A stretch of DNA of 64,000 nucleotides from an uncultured Chloroflexia bacterium (GCA_963790955.1 CAWBQM010000003.1:227385-291384); one strand, 5' to 3'. Positions 20,699-29,411 are shown, counted from the first letter of the stretch. Numbers and translations are program-made. Notes: a model not told the origin generated them from the letters alone.

Positions 20699-23182
20699 TC
20701 AGGTTCGGATTCGGCCGCCGACAGCGCTGACGGCCGACGTCACGTCGGCGAGGGCGGCCTCGATCTCGTCGTCGGTCAGCGTCCGGTCGGCGCTGAACAC
20801 GAGTCGCCACGCCAGGCTCTTCTCGTCGGGTGCGAGGGGCGTGCCGCGATAGATGTCGAACAGGCGATGCTCGGCGAGGAGGGTGCCGCCACCGTCGCGA
20901 ATCGCGGTCTCGACCACGGCGGCCGGCAGGGACTCCGGGACCACGACGGCGAGGTCGCGCTCCACGGCGGGCACGCGGGGGGGCGGAACGACCCTCGTTC
21001 GGGGCAGGCTGCCCGCGTCGAGACCGGCGACTCGGAGCTCGGCGACGAGCGCCCGCTCGACGCGCAGGTCCCACGCCTCGATGAGGCCCGGATGCAGCTC
21101 GCCGATCCGGCCGCCGATCCCGACCGTGTCGAGGCCGGACCGAGCGGAGACGCGGGCCGAGCGTCCCGGATGCAGGGTTGGATCGTCGGTGAGTGGCTCG
21201 TACGTCGGTCGTTCCAGGCCTAGCTGACCCGCGACGAGCTCGACCAGACCCTTGAGATCGTCGAGATCCCACGCGCGACGCCGGTCGGCCCAGTGCTCTG
21301 GCGCCGCGAAGCCGGCGAGCGCGATCCCGAGCCGCCACCACTCGGTCGGCAGCCCGTCGGCGGTCCGCCCATAGCCCTTCCCGATCTCGAACACCGGCAC
21401 GTCCTCGCGGCCGTGTCGGCGATTGCCGCCGACGACCTCGAGCAGGCTCCCGAGAAGCGACTCGCGCAGCAGCGCGTGGTCGCGAGACAGCGGATTGCGG
21501 AGCCGGATTGGTGCGACGACCGGCTGGTCGGGCGCCGGGAAGGTGTCAACGTGGCGCTCGGACACGAGCGCGTACGTGACGACCTCGTGCAGCCCCGCAC
21601 CGACGAGCAGGCCCCGGACGTGGTCGCGCACCTCGAGCGGATCGGGTCGGTAGACCGGCATCTCCGTATCGGGCGTGACGGGCGGAATCGTCTCGTAGCC
21701 GGCCAGGCGCCCGACCTCCTCGGCGACGTCGGCCTCGATCGCGATGTCGCGCCGCCAGGACGGCACGATCGCATCGACCGCCTCGCCGGGGATCGGATCG
21801 GCAAAGAGCGGCGCGGGCGCGGCCGCGATCGTGACCAGGCTGCCTGCCGCGGACGTCTCGGTCCGGATCCCGACCCGGCCCAGGAGCGCCTGCTGCTGGT
21901 CGGGCTCGATCGCCGTACCGAGCAGCCGATTGACCCGGGCGGGCCGGAACGCGACGCGTATCGGCTCGGGCTCGACCGGGTTCGTATCGACGACGCCGGG
22001 GGCGATTGCCCCGCCGGCCCACTCGCGGATGAGGCCAGCCGTCCGGTCGGCCCCGATCCGCGCCAGGCGGAACTCCTGGCCTTTTTCGAAGCGCAGGCTG
22101 GCCTCGGATCGCAGCGCGTAGTGGAACGCGGTCCGGCGGATCGACACGGGGTCGAAGATGGCAGACTCGACGGCGACCTCGGTCGTCGCGTCGCCGACCT
22201 CGGACGCGGCGCCGCCCATGACCCCGGCCAGGCCGAGGGGCCCGCTCGGGTCGGCGATGAGGAGGGTCTCGGGTGTCAGCTCGCGCTCGACATGGTCCAG
22301 CGTCTCGAGCCGCTCGCCCGGTTCGGCACGCCGCACGATGATCCGGGCCCGGCCCTCGATGCTGCCGATCGCTGTGGCGTCGAACGTGTGGATCGGCTTG
22401 CCGAGCTCGAGCAGGACGTAGTTCGAGGCGTCGACGACGTTGCTCACCGGCCGTACGCCCGCGGCAAGAAGCCGCATCTGGATCGCGTCCGGGGAGGGTC
22501 CCACGCGCACGCCGCTGACCCACCGACCGACGAAGCGCGGACACAGGTCCGGCGCCCGGACCTCGACGGACAGGCGCTCGGTGACGGGCCGGCCGGCCTC
22601 CTCGAGCGTGGTGTCCGGAAAGCGAACGATCTCACGGGTCAGCGCTGCGACCTCCCGCGCCAGACCGACGAGACACAGGGCGTCGCCGCGGTTCGGCTTG
22701 ACGTCGACATCGAGGACCCAATCACCGTACAGCTCGGTCAGCTGCCCGCCGAGCGGCGTCTCGGGCGGCAGGATGAGGATGCTGTCGCCGTCGGCCGTCA
22801 TGCGCAGCTCCTCGCCGGAGCACAGCATGCCGTTGCTCACGACGCCCATCTTCTGGGTGCGCTCGATGCGCCGCTCGCCGGGTAGCACCGCACCCGCCAG
22901 TGCAACCGGCACGCGTTGGCCGGGGGCGATGTTCGTCGCGCCACACACGATCTCGAGCGGTTCCGAGCCGTCGCCCAGCGTCACCCGCGTGAGGGACAGC
23001 CGGTCGGCGTTCGGGTGTGGGCGGACTTCGAGCAGCTCGCCGACGACCACGTTCTGCCAGTCGGCCCCCCAGCGCTCGAGGCCCTTGACCTCCATGCCCA
23101 GCACCGTCAGGCGCTCGGCCAGGTCCGCCGGGTCGAGCTCCACGTCGACGTAGTCGCGCAACCAATTCAGCGGCACGCGCAT
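20699..23182 (-). CDS. pheT: Phenylalanine--tRNA ligase beta subunit
   Basis: MRVPLNWL, HPNADRL, IVCGA, SNGMLCS, PNRGD, GLAGVMGG, RFEKG, WRRDI...AEEV, RDLA, FDIYRG. Confidence 0.96.
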   Translation of the reverse strand: MRVPLNWLRDYVDVELDPADLAERLTVLGMEVKGLERWGADWQNVVVGELLEVRPHPNADRLSLTRVTLGDGSEPLEIVCGATNIAPGQRVPVALAGAVLPGERRIERTQKMGVVSNGMLCSGEELRMTADGDSILILPPETPLGGQLTELYGDWVLDVDVKPNRGDALCLVGLAREVAALTREIVRFPDTTLEEAGRPVTERLSVEVRAPDLCPRFVGRWVSGVRVGPSPDAIQMRLLAAGVRPVSNVVDASNYVLLELGKPIHTFDATAIGSIEGRARIIVRRAEPGERLETLDHVERELTPETLLIADPSGPLGLAGVMGGAASEVGDATTEVAVESAIFDPVSIRRTAFHYALRSEASLRFEKGQEFRLARIGADRTAGLIREWAGGAIAPGVVDTNPVEPEPIRVAFRPARVNRLLGTAIEPDQQQALLGRVGIRTETSAAGSLVTIAAAPAPLFADPIPGEAVDAIVPSWRRDIAIEADVAEEVGRLAGYETIPPVTPDTEMPVYRPDPLEVRDHVRGLLVGAGLHEVVTYALVSERHVDTFPAPDQPVVAPIRLRNPLSRDHALLRESLLGSLLEVVGGNRRHGREDVPVFEIGKGYGRTADGLPTEWWRLGIALAGFAAPEHWADRRRAWDLDDLKGLVELVAGQLGLERPTYEPLTDDPTLHPGRSARVSARSGLDTVGIGGRIGELHPGLIEAWDLRVERALVAELRVAGLDAGSLPRTRVVPPPRVPAVERDLAVVVPESLPAAVVETAIRDGGGTLLAEHRLFDIYRGTPLAPDEKSLAWRLVFSADRTLTDDEIEAALADVTSAVSAVGGRIRT

Positions 23183-23260
23183 CCAGGCACCCTCATCGTG
23201 GTCTCGCCGCTCGCCCACCGAGGACTGAGCGCGCTCGGTGGAGCGCATCAGTCCGAGGTT

Positions 23261-24301
23261 TCATCGGAACTGCTCCAAGAAGCGCAGGTCGTTCTCCATG
23301 TACAGCCGCAGATCGGGCACCCCGTGCCGGAGGTTCGCGATGCGCTCGACGCCCATTCCGAACGCGAAGCCCTGGTAGCGCTCGGGGTCGAGCCCGCCGG
23401 ACTGGAGCACGACCGGGTGGACCATGCCCGCGCCGAGGATCGTCATCCAGCCCGTCCGCGAGCAGGCCGGGCAGCCAACGCCACCGCACACGAGGCATTC
23501 GACGTCGAACGCTACCGACGGCTCGGTGAACGGGTAGTAGCCGGGCCGGAATCGCGTCCGCTTGCCGGCTCCGAACATGGCGTGCGCGAACTGGTCGAGC
23601 AGGCCGCGCAGGTCGCCCATCGTCGTGCCCTCGTCGACCATGAGCCCCTCGACCTGGAAGAACTCTGACCCGTGCGACGCGTCGATTGCCTCGTAGCGGA
23701 AGCATCGGCCCGGCAGCAGCGCCCGGATGGGCGGCGCTGTTTGATGCATGACGTGGATCTGGCCGGGCGACGTGTGGGTCCGCAGCAGGTAGCCCTCGAC
23801 GTCGACATAGAACGTGTCCCACAGGTCGCGGGCCGGATGGTCGGGCGGGATGTTGAGGAGCTGGAAGTTGGTGACGTCGTCCTCGACCTCGGGCCCTTCG
23901 TAGACGACGAAGCCGAACTGCGCGAAGACGTCGGCGATGGCCCGCACGGTGGCCTCGATGGGGTGATGGCTACCGCGCCCGACGGCTCGGCCCGGTGTCG
24001 TCACGTCGACGGCCTCGGACATGAGTCGCGCATCGAGCTCCGCCCCCGCCACCGCGCCCCGGCGATCCTCGATCGCGGCTTCGAGCGAGGCCCGCAACGG
24101 ATTGAGGATGGCCCCGACCTTGGGCCGATCCTCGGCAGGCAACTGACCGATGCTGCGCAGGACACCGGTCAGCCGGCCCTTCTTGCCGAGGACATCGACC
24201 TCGATCGCGTCGAGGGTCACGACGTCGGGCGCCGCGGTGACAGCGGCCAGCGTCTCAACCCGGAGCGACTCGAGCTGCGCCGTCAGCGATGCGAGGTCCA
24301 C
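23261..24301 (-). CDS. pheS: Phenylalanine--tRNA ligase alpha subunit
   Basis: HPARDLWDTF, LRTHTSPGQ, FFQVEG, FRPGYYPFTEPS, GFAFGMGVER; SD GGAGGGG before GTG 24301. Confidence 0.96.
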   Translation of the reverse strand: MDLASLTAQLESLRVETLAAVTAAPDVVTLDAIEVDVLGKKGRLTGVLRSIGQLPAEDRPKVGAILNPLRASLEAAIEDRRGAVAGAELDARLMSEAVDVTTPGRAVGRGSHHPIEATVRAIADVFAQFGFVVYEGPEVEDDVTNFQLLNIPPDHPARDLWDTFYVDVEGYLLRTHTSPGQIHVMHQTAPPIRALLPGRCFRYEAIDASHGSEFFQVEGLMVDEGTTMGDLRGLLDQFAHAMFGAGKRTRFRPGYYPFTEPSVAFDVECLVCGGVGCPACSRTGWMTILGAGMVHPVVLQSGGLDPERYQGFAFGMGVERIANLRHGVPDLRLYMENDLRFLEQFR

Positions 24302-24330
24302 GTCCCCTCCAGGGCGTCGTCTGTGCCGGG

Positions 24331-24365
24331 AATCACGAACCCCCGATCTCGGGCGAGACCGAGGG
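24331..24365 (-). terminator. Hairpin with weak U-tract between rplT and pheS (possible terminator)
   Basis: CCCTCGGTCTC-GCCC-GAGATCGGGGG followed by TTCGTGATT on the - strand. Confidence 0.45.
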
Positions 24366-24416
24366 CCCGCGGCTGTAAGCCGGAATCGCCGAGCAGGCGC
24401 CCGCTCGGGCCGCGCA

Positions 24417-24776
24417 CTAGCCTGCGGATTCGCCGCGTGCCACCTGAGCGATTCTGGCAAACGTCGGTGCATCACGAACCGCGATGTCGGCCAGGATCTT
24501 GCGGTCGATCGCGACGTCCGCCTTCTTGAGCCCGGCGATCAACCGACCGTAGGTCAGGCCGTTGGACCGGGCGGCGGCGTTGATGCGCACGATCCACAGC
24601 CCGCGCATCTGGCGCTTGCGCTGCTTGCGGTCCCGGGTGGCGTACGCGAGCGCGTGCAGGAGCGCCTCGCGCGCGGGTCGGACCAGCTTCGATCGCGTGC
24701 CCTTGCGACCCTTCGCCGCGTCCAGGAGGCGCTGGTGACGCTTGTGGCTGGTGACGCCGCGCTTGACACGTGCCAT
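24417..24776 (-). CDS. rplT: 50S ribosomal protein L20
   Basis: [31 protein letters not shown]. Confidence 0.97.
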   Translation of the reverse strand: MARVKRGVTSHKRHQRLLDAAKGRKGTRSKLVRPAREALLHALAYATRDRKQRKRQMRGLWIVRINAAARSNGLTYGRLIAGLKKADVAIDRKILADIAVRDAPTFARIAQVARGESAG

Positions 24777-24791
24777 GGCTGCTGCCCGCTC

Positions 24792-24989
24792 CTAGAGGTA
24801 CGGCAGCAGGCGTCGAACCTGCTCCGCGTGCTGCGTTCCGACCACGGCCTTGCCCGCGTATCGACGCGTCCGCCGCGAGGACTTGATCTCGAGGTGATGT
24901 CCGCGCCACGACTTCACCCGGATCACCTTGCCGGACCCGGTAACGCCGAGCCGCTTCGCGGCCGCCTTGTGACTCTTCATCTTCGGCAC
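24792..24989 (-). CDS. rpmI: 50S ribosomal protein L35
   Basis: (M)PKMKSHKAAAKR...TGSGK...HH...KS...LLPY; AGGAG SD upstream of the GTG. Confidence 0.95.
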   Translation of the reverse strand: MPKMKSHKAAAKRLGVTGSGKVIRVKSWRGHHLEIKSSRRTRRYAGKAVVGTQHAEQVRRLLPYL

Positions 24990-24996
24990 GCCGGCC

Positions 24997-25908
24997 TCAC
25001 TCTCCTGATGCTGCGGCCGGTCGCACCGTCCGCTGTTCGCTGTTCGTCGTCGTTCGGTTCGACGCCGTGGCGCTCGACGCCGAAGCGCTCGACTGCCCCC
25101 GGGCCGTGCCGTTCGGGCTCGGTCCCTTGTTCGAATTTGCCGCGGGCATTCCCTCGGCCGCTTCGCCGGCGCTCGGCTCGGCCGAGGTTGGGTCCGACTC
25201 GCTCGCCGCGGCGTTCGCTCCCGTGGGCGTTCGCCGGACATCGCCGGCCGCCGTTGCGCTGGTCGCCGTCGCGCTCGAGGTTCCGCTGGGCTCCTCCGTC
25301 GTTGCGTCAGCCTCGCCCGCCGCTGCGGTCGCATCGCCAGGCGGCGATGTGGCCGGACCCTCGGCCCGGGGCTTCGTGCCCGCGTCGTGCGGCCGGGGCT
25401 TGTGCGTCGAGGCGACCGTGATGTGCATCGAGCGACCTTCGAGGGTCGGAGCCCGCTCGACCGTACCGTGTTCCTTGATGGCCTCGCTGAAACGCTCCAG
25501 CAACGCGCGGCCGATCTCCGGATGGGTCATCTCCCGACCCCGGAACTGGACCGCGACCTTGATCCGATCACCGTCTTCGAGGAACTCGACCGCCCGGTGC
25601 ACCTTCGTCGTGAAGTCGCCCGTGCCGATCTTGGGCCGGAGCCGGACCTCCTTGAAGGTCACCGCACGCTGCTTGCGCTTGGCTTCCTTCTCTCGCTTGG
25701 CCAGCTCGTACTTGTACTGGCCGAAGTCGAGGAACCGGACCACCGGCGGGGCTGCCATCGGTGCGACCTCGACGAGGTCGAGGCCGCGTTCCTGCGCCAT
25801 TCCGAGGGCCTGAGGCGTCGGCATGACGCCCAGCTGACTCCCGTTCTCATCGACGACTCGGACCTGTGGGATCCGGATCATCTGGTTGACGCGCAGGTCT
25901 CGGCTTAT
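24997..25908 (-). CDS. infC: Translation initiation factor IF-3 with ATA start and long low-complexity C-terminal tail
   Basis: RVNQMIRIPQVRVV, LDLVEVAP, KEVRLRPKI, FRGREM; SD-like AAGGGGTG then in-frame ATA at 25908. Confidence 0.93.
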   Translation of the reverse strand: MSRDLRVNQMIRIPQVRVVDENGSQLGVMPTPQALGMAQERGLDLVEVAPMAAPPVVRFLDFGQYKYELAKREKEAKRKQRAVTFKEVRLRPKIGTGDFTTKVHRAVEFLEDGDRIKVAVQFRGREMTHPEIGRALLERFSEAIKEHGTVERAPTLEGRSMHITVASTHKPRPHDAGTKPRAEGPATSPPGDATAAAGEADATTEEPSGTSSATATSATAAGDVRRTPTGANAAASESDPTSAEPSAGEAAEGMPAANSNKGPSPNGTARGQSSASASSATASNRTTTNSEQRTVRPAAASGE

Positions 25909-25989
25909 GGCTCACCCCTTTGACATGTTCCAGCTAATACGACCGAGGACGAGCACGCTCGCGCAGCGCCCTGGGCCGGTCGCCGCGGC

Positions 25990-25998
25990 AGGATAGCA
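25990..25998 (-). promoter_or_regulatory. Extended -10 element (TGCTATCCT) for the infC-rpmI-rplT operon
   Basis: An identical 9-mer precedes tRNA-Val (33914-33922). Confidence 0.6.
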
Positions 25999-26120
25999 CA
26001 GGCCTTCTTCTGCCAGCAATGAACCCGGGAGGTCGTTCCGGCCGAGCCGTATGAGCGCCTCATGGTGTCCGAGACGAGGCCGGCATACCTGCCCGCGGCG
26101 TGATCCCGCTGGGTCCCGCC

Positions 26121-26284
26121 GCGGACTGTGGGTCGGCACGTTCGTCCTCCGGCGACTCGCCTGCGGACTGTCAGTCTGCGATTTGGCCAAATCACCGGGC
26201 GGTCTGTCGCCGAAGGCGACGAAATGCGGACTCTCGGTCCGCGTTTGGACATCGAGGCACGGGAAACGCCGACTGAGAGTCCGC
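26121..26284. repeat. Four 17-bp imperfect palindromes GCSGACT-N3-RGTCBGC with unique spacers
   Basis: Copies at 26121-26137, 26163-26179, 26226-26242 and 26268-26284 (start spacing 42/63/42 bp). Confidence 0.85.
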
Positions 26285-26289
26285 ACCTT

Positions 26290-26390
26290 GATGACAACCC
26301 CGGTTGCAAACCCGGGTGGCAATCGCGCGGGGCGGCAAGCACGCGGCGGCAATCGCCCGAGTGGCCATCGTCAGCGAGGCAATCACGCGG
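26290..26390 (+). repeat. Degenerate ~12-16-bp tandem array, core GGCAATC (about 7 units)
   Basis: CAA/CCA cores at 26295, 26307, 26320, 26336, 26350, 26365, 26380; GGCAATC is exact three times. Confidence 0.7.
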
Positions 26391-26408
26391 TGAGCGGCCG
26401 GCCCTTCA

Positions 26409-27149
26409 ATGGGCGCCGTGACCAGTCAGCGTTTCGAGGCCCTGATACGGCGGCGGACCGAGCGCTTCCACCGCCAGCTGGCCGACGAGATCCTCCGTCT
26501 GCGTGACGATGCCGGCCTATCCCAGCGCAGGCTGGCCGCGGCGGCCGGTATCGATGCCGCCTACGTCGCGCGGATCGAGGACGGACGTGGCCGGCCGAGC
26601 GCCGAGACGTACGCACGAATCGGTGCGGTGCTTGGCGCCGACTTCAACGGGCATCTGTACGCCAACACCGGCCCCTCGATCCGCGATCGCCATCAGGCAC
26701 CGATCCTCGAACACCTGCTCTCGGTTCTGAACCCTCGCTGGCAGCCGTTTCCGGAAGCGGCCGTCCGACGCCCGTCCCGAGGCTGGATCGACTGCGTCCT
26801 CCACGATCCGGAGACCGCGGTCCTCATCGCGACGGAGATCGTGTCCGAGCTGCGACGGATCGAGCAGCTCATCCGCTGGTCGAAGGAGAAGGCCAATTCG
26901 CTGCCGTCCTGGGATGGTTGGTCACGGCTGCCGGGACCACCGGCCGTCTCCCAGCTGCTGATCCTCCGCCGAACGCGCGCCAACGCCACCCTCGCTCGAG
27001 AGTTCGAACGCCAGCTCCGGCTGGCATGGCCAGGCCACCCCGGCGACGCCCTCGCGTCTCTGATGGGCAGCGAGGCCTGGCCCGGCCCGACGCTCCTCTG
27101 GGTCGCCACCTCGACGTCGCACCATCGGTTCCTGACGACCCGAGCCTGA
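26409..27149 (+). CDS. XRE-family HTH fused to a PD-(D/E)xK-like nuclease-fold domain
   Basis: HTH: LRDDAGLSQRRLAAAAGIDAAYVARIEDGRGRPS. C-domain: PEAAV...RGWIDCVL...LIATEIVSE. Start ATG 26409 or GTG 26418. Confidence 0.75.
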   Translation: MGAVTSQRFEALIRRRTERFHRQLADEILRLRDDAGLSQRRLAAAAGIDAAYVARIEDGRGRPSAETYARIGAVLGADFNGHLYANTGPSIRDRHQAPILEHLLSVLNPRWQPFPEAAVRRPSRGWIDCVLHDPETAVLIATEIVSELRRIEQLIRWSKEKANSLPSWDGWSRLPGPPAVSQLLILRRTRANATLAREFERQLRLAWPGHPGDALASLMGSEAWPGPTLLWVATSTSHHRFLTTRA

Positions 27150-27205
27150 TGGGATGGCCAGGCACGGCCGCCCGGGGACGCGCGGCGGCTGATGCGGACG
27201 GCAGG

Positions 27206-29143
27206 TCAGTCGACGTGGCGCTCGCGGTTGGCGGCGGCCAGGCGGGCGGCCAGGTCGTCCCAGCCGACGCCTGGCTCCTGCGACCCGTCGCGATGGCGCA
27301 GCGCGATCGCTCGGGCCTCGATCTCGCGGTCGCCGAGCACGGCCATGAGCGGCACCTTCTGCTCCTGGGCGAGGCGAATCTTGTTCTGCATCCGGCTGTC
27401 CGAGGCATCGACCTCGACCCGGCCACCGGCGGCCCGAAGGATGCCTGCGAGCTCCTCGGCGGCAGCGACGTGCCGATCGGCGATCGGGATGACCGCGACC
27501 TGCACGGGCGCGAGCCACAGGGGGAACGCACCGGCGAAGTGCTCGACGAGAATCCCGATCAGGCGCTCGAGGGTGCCGTAGATGGCGCGATGGATGGCAA
27601 TGGGGCGCTGCGGCTGCCCGTGCTCGTCGATGTAGGTCAAATCGAAGCGCTCGGGCAGCATCGTGAGATCGACCTGGATCGTGGCCATCTGCCATTCGCG
27701 GCCGAGCGCGTCGTCGACGTACAGGTCGATCTTCGGCGCGTAGAACGTGCCGTCCTTCGGCTTGAGCCGATAGTCGATTCCGGCCTCCTCGAGGGCGCCC
27801 CGAATGAGCCCCTCCGCGCGATCCCAGAGTGGCGGATCGCCGAGGAAGTCGTCCGGTCGCGTGGCGAACGTGAAGCGCGGCTCGAGCCCGAACCAGGCGT
27901 ACGTCTCGCGCGTCATCGCGAACAGCGCCCGCAACTCGTCGCCGAGCTGATCGGGCCGGACGTAGACGTGAGCGTCGTCCTGGACGAAGTGACGCACGCG
28001 CGTGAGTCCGTGGAGGGTCCCCGAGCGCTCGTTTCGGTGCAGCCGGCCATACTCCGCGTACCGGATTGGCAGGTCCCGGTAGGAGCGCACGCGGCTGCGA
28101 TAGATGAACGTGGACTCGGGGCAGTTCATGGGCTTCAGGCCGAACTCCTGGCCCTCCGCCTCAACCCGGAACATGTTCGTCTCGTAATGGTCCCAATGGC
28201 CCGATTGCTGCCACAAGCGCTTGCTCACGAGCATCGGCGTGGACACTTCCTCGTAGCCGTAGCGCTGCTGGAGCTCACGCATCGCATCCTCGAGGATGCG
28301 GTACAGACGCTGGCCCTTGGGGTGCCAGAACGCCGACCCGGGCGCGATGTCGTGGAAGCTGAACAAGTCGAGCTGGACGCCCAGGCGCCGGTGATCGCGC
28401 TTCTTGGCTTCCTCGCGGCGCCACAGGAACTGGTCGAGCTCCTCCTGTGAGGGCCACACCGACCCGTAGATGCGCTGGAGCATCGGGCGCGTCTCGCTGC
28501 CACGCCAGTAAGCGCCGGCGACGGCCAGGAGCTTGAACGGCCCGATCTCGCCGGTGCTGGCGACGTGCGGCCCGCGGCACAGGTCGCTGAACGTGCCGTG
28601 CTCGTAGAAGCTCGTGACGGGCACCGGCTCGCCGGCGTCGGCCGCCCTGCGCGCGAGATCGTCGAGGATCTCGACCTTGTAGGTTTGGCCCTGACCCTCG
28701 GCCACGGCTCGCGCGTCCTCGAGCGAGGTCTCCTTGCGCACGAAGCGGTGATCGGCGGCGACCGACTCGCGCATCCGCTCCTCGATGGCCTCCAGATCGT
28801 CGGGCGTGAGCGGCCGCGGCAGGTCGAAGTCGTAGTAGAAGCCGTCCGCGATGGCCGGGCCGATCCCGAGCTTTGCGTCCGGGAACAGGGCCAGGACGGC
28901 CTCGGCCATGACGTGGGCCGCCGAGTGGCGCATCGGGTCGAGTGCGTCATGCGCACCGGCATCGAGCAGCTCCTCGACCGATCCCCGCGATGGCGCCTCG
29001 AACGTCTCGTCGGCCGGCTCGACGACGGCGGCTGACCCGGCGCCCACGGGTCCTGCGTTGCCCGCCTCGCGCGAGGAGCCGGCGGCCGGATCCGGCTGCC
29101 GGGGCTGCTCGTCGGCCTTGCCGGATCTGTGCTGCTCGCTCAT
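27206..29143 (-). CDS. thrS: Threonine--tRNA ligase
   Basis: RHSAAHVMAEA, GFYYDF, DLCRGPH, RDHRRLG, KPMNCP, RNERSG, QDDAH, FYAPKID, HRAIYG; GGAGG SD before ATG 29143. Confidence 0.97.
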   Translation of the reverse strand: MSEQHRSGKADEQPRQPDPAAGSSREAGNAGPVGAGSAAVVEPADETFEAPSRGSVEELLDAGAHDALDPMRHSAAHVMAEAVLALFPDAKLGIGPAIADGFYYDFDLPRPLTPDDLEAIEERMRESVAADHRFVRKETSLEDARAVAEGQGQTYKVEILDDLARRAADAGEPVPVTSFYEHGTFSDLCRGPHVASTGEIGPFKLLAVAGAYWRGSETRPMLQRIYGSVWPSQEELDQFLWRREEAKKRDHRRLGVQLDLFSFHDIAPGSAFWHPKGQRLYRILEDAMRELQQRYGYEEVSTPMLVSKRLWQQSGHWDHYETNMFRVEAEGQEFGLKPMNCPESTFIYRSRVRSYRDLPIRYAEYGRLHRNERSGTLHGLTRVRHFVQDDAHVYVRPDQLGDELRALFAMTRETYAWFGLEPRFTFATRPDDFLGDPPLWDRAEGLIRGALEEAGIDYRLKPKDGTFYAPKIDLYVDDALGREWQMATIQVDLTMLPERFDLTYIDEHGQPQRPIAIHRAIYGTLERLIGILVEHFAGAFPLWLAPVQVAVIPIADRHVAAAEELAGILRAAGGRVEVDASDSRMQNKIRLAQEQKVPLMAVLGDREIEARAIALRHRDGSQEPGVGWDDLAARLAAANRERHVD

Positions 29144-29165
29144 CGCTCAGTGCCTCCAGGAATCC

Positions 29166-29404
29166 AAAACCTCTCGTCCCGACAGGACGAGAGGTCAGTC
29201 CCTCTCGCGGTTCCACCCGCCTTCGTCGCGTGCCCGGTACGGCGTGCACGTGACGCACTCGTGGTCGCGCTAACGGGCGACGCCCGGGCCGGTTCGCCGG
29301 CCGCTCGCGGGTGGTGCCCCGTCATCGTCGTCGCCGGGCTCCCAGCCACTGGCCCGGCTCTCTGCGGACGTTCCGACGTCGGGGTGCGTCCCGCTCATCG
29401 CGTT
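29166..29404 (-). ncRNA. T-box riboswitch (Thr specifier ACC) with intrinsic terminator
   Basis: On the - strand: AGAGA bulge, GCTG distal loop, specifier ACC (29313-29315), T-box GGGTGGAACCGCG (29206-29218), terminator CCTCTCGTCC-TGTCG-GGACGAGAGG-TTTT. Confidence 0.92.
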
Positions 29405-29411
29405 CGAAATA

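Noticed and set aside
24302-24416. T-box upstream of pheS
   Set aside because: Only 115 nt, with no TGGNACC motif or stem I signatures; only hairpins.
26121-26284. CRISPR or TIGR array interpretation of the palindromic repeats
   Set aside because: Repeats are only 17 bp and degenerate, spacers are 25/46/25 nt, and no cas or Nop-domain gene is in the window. Kept as an operator-like repeat.
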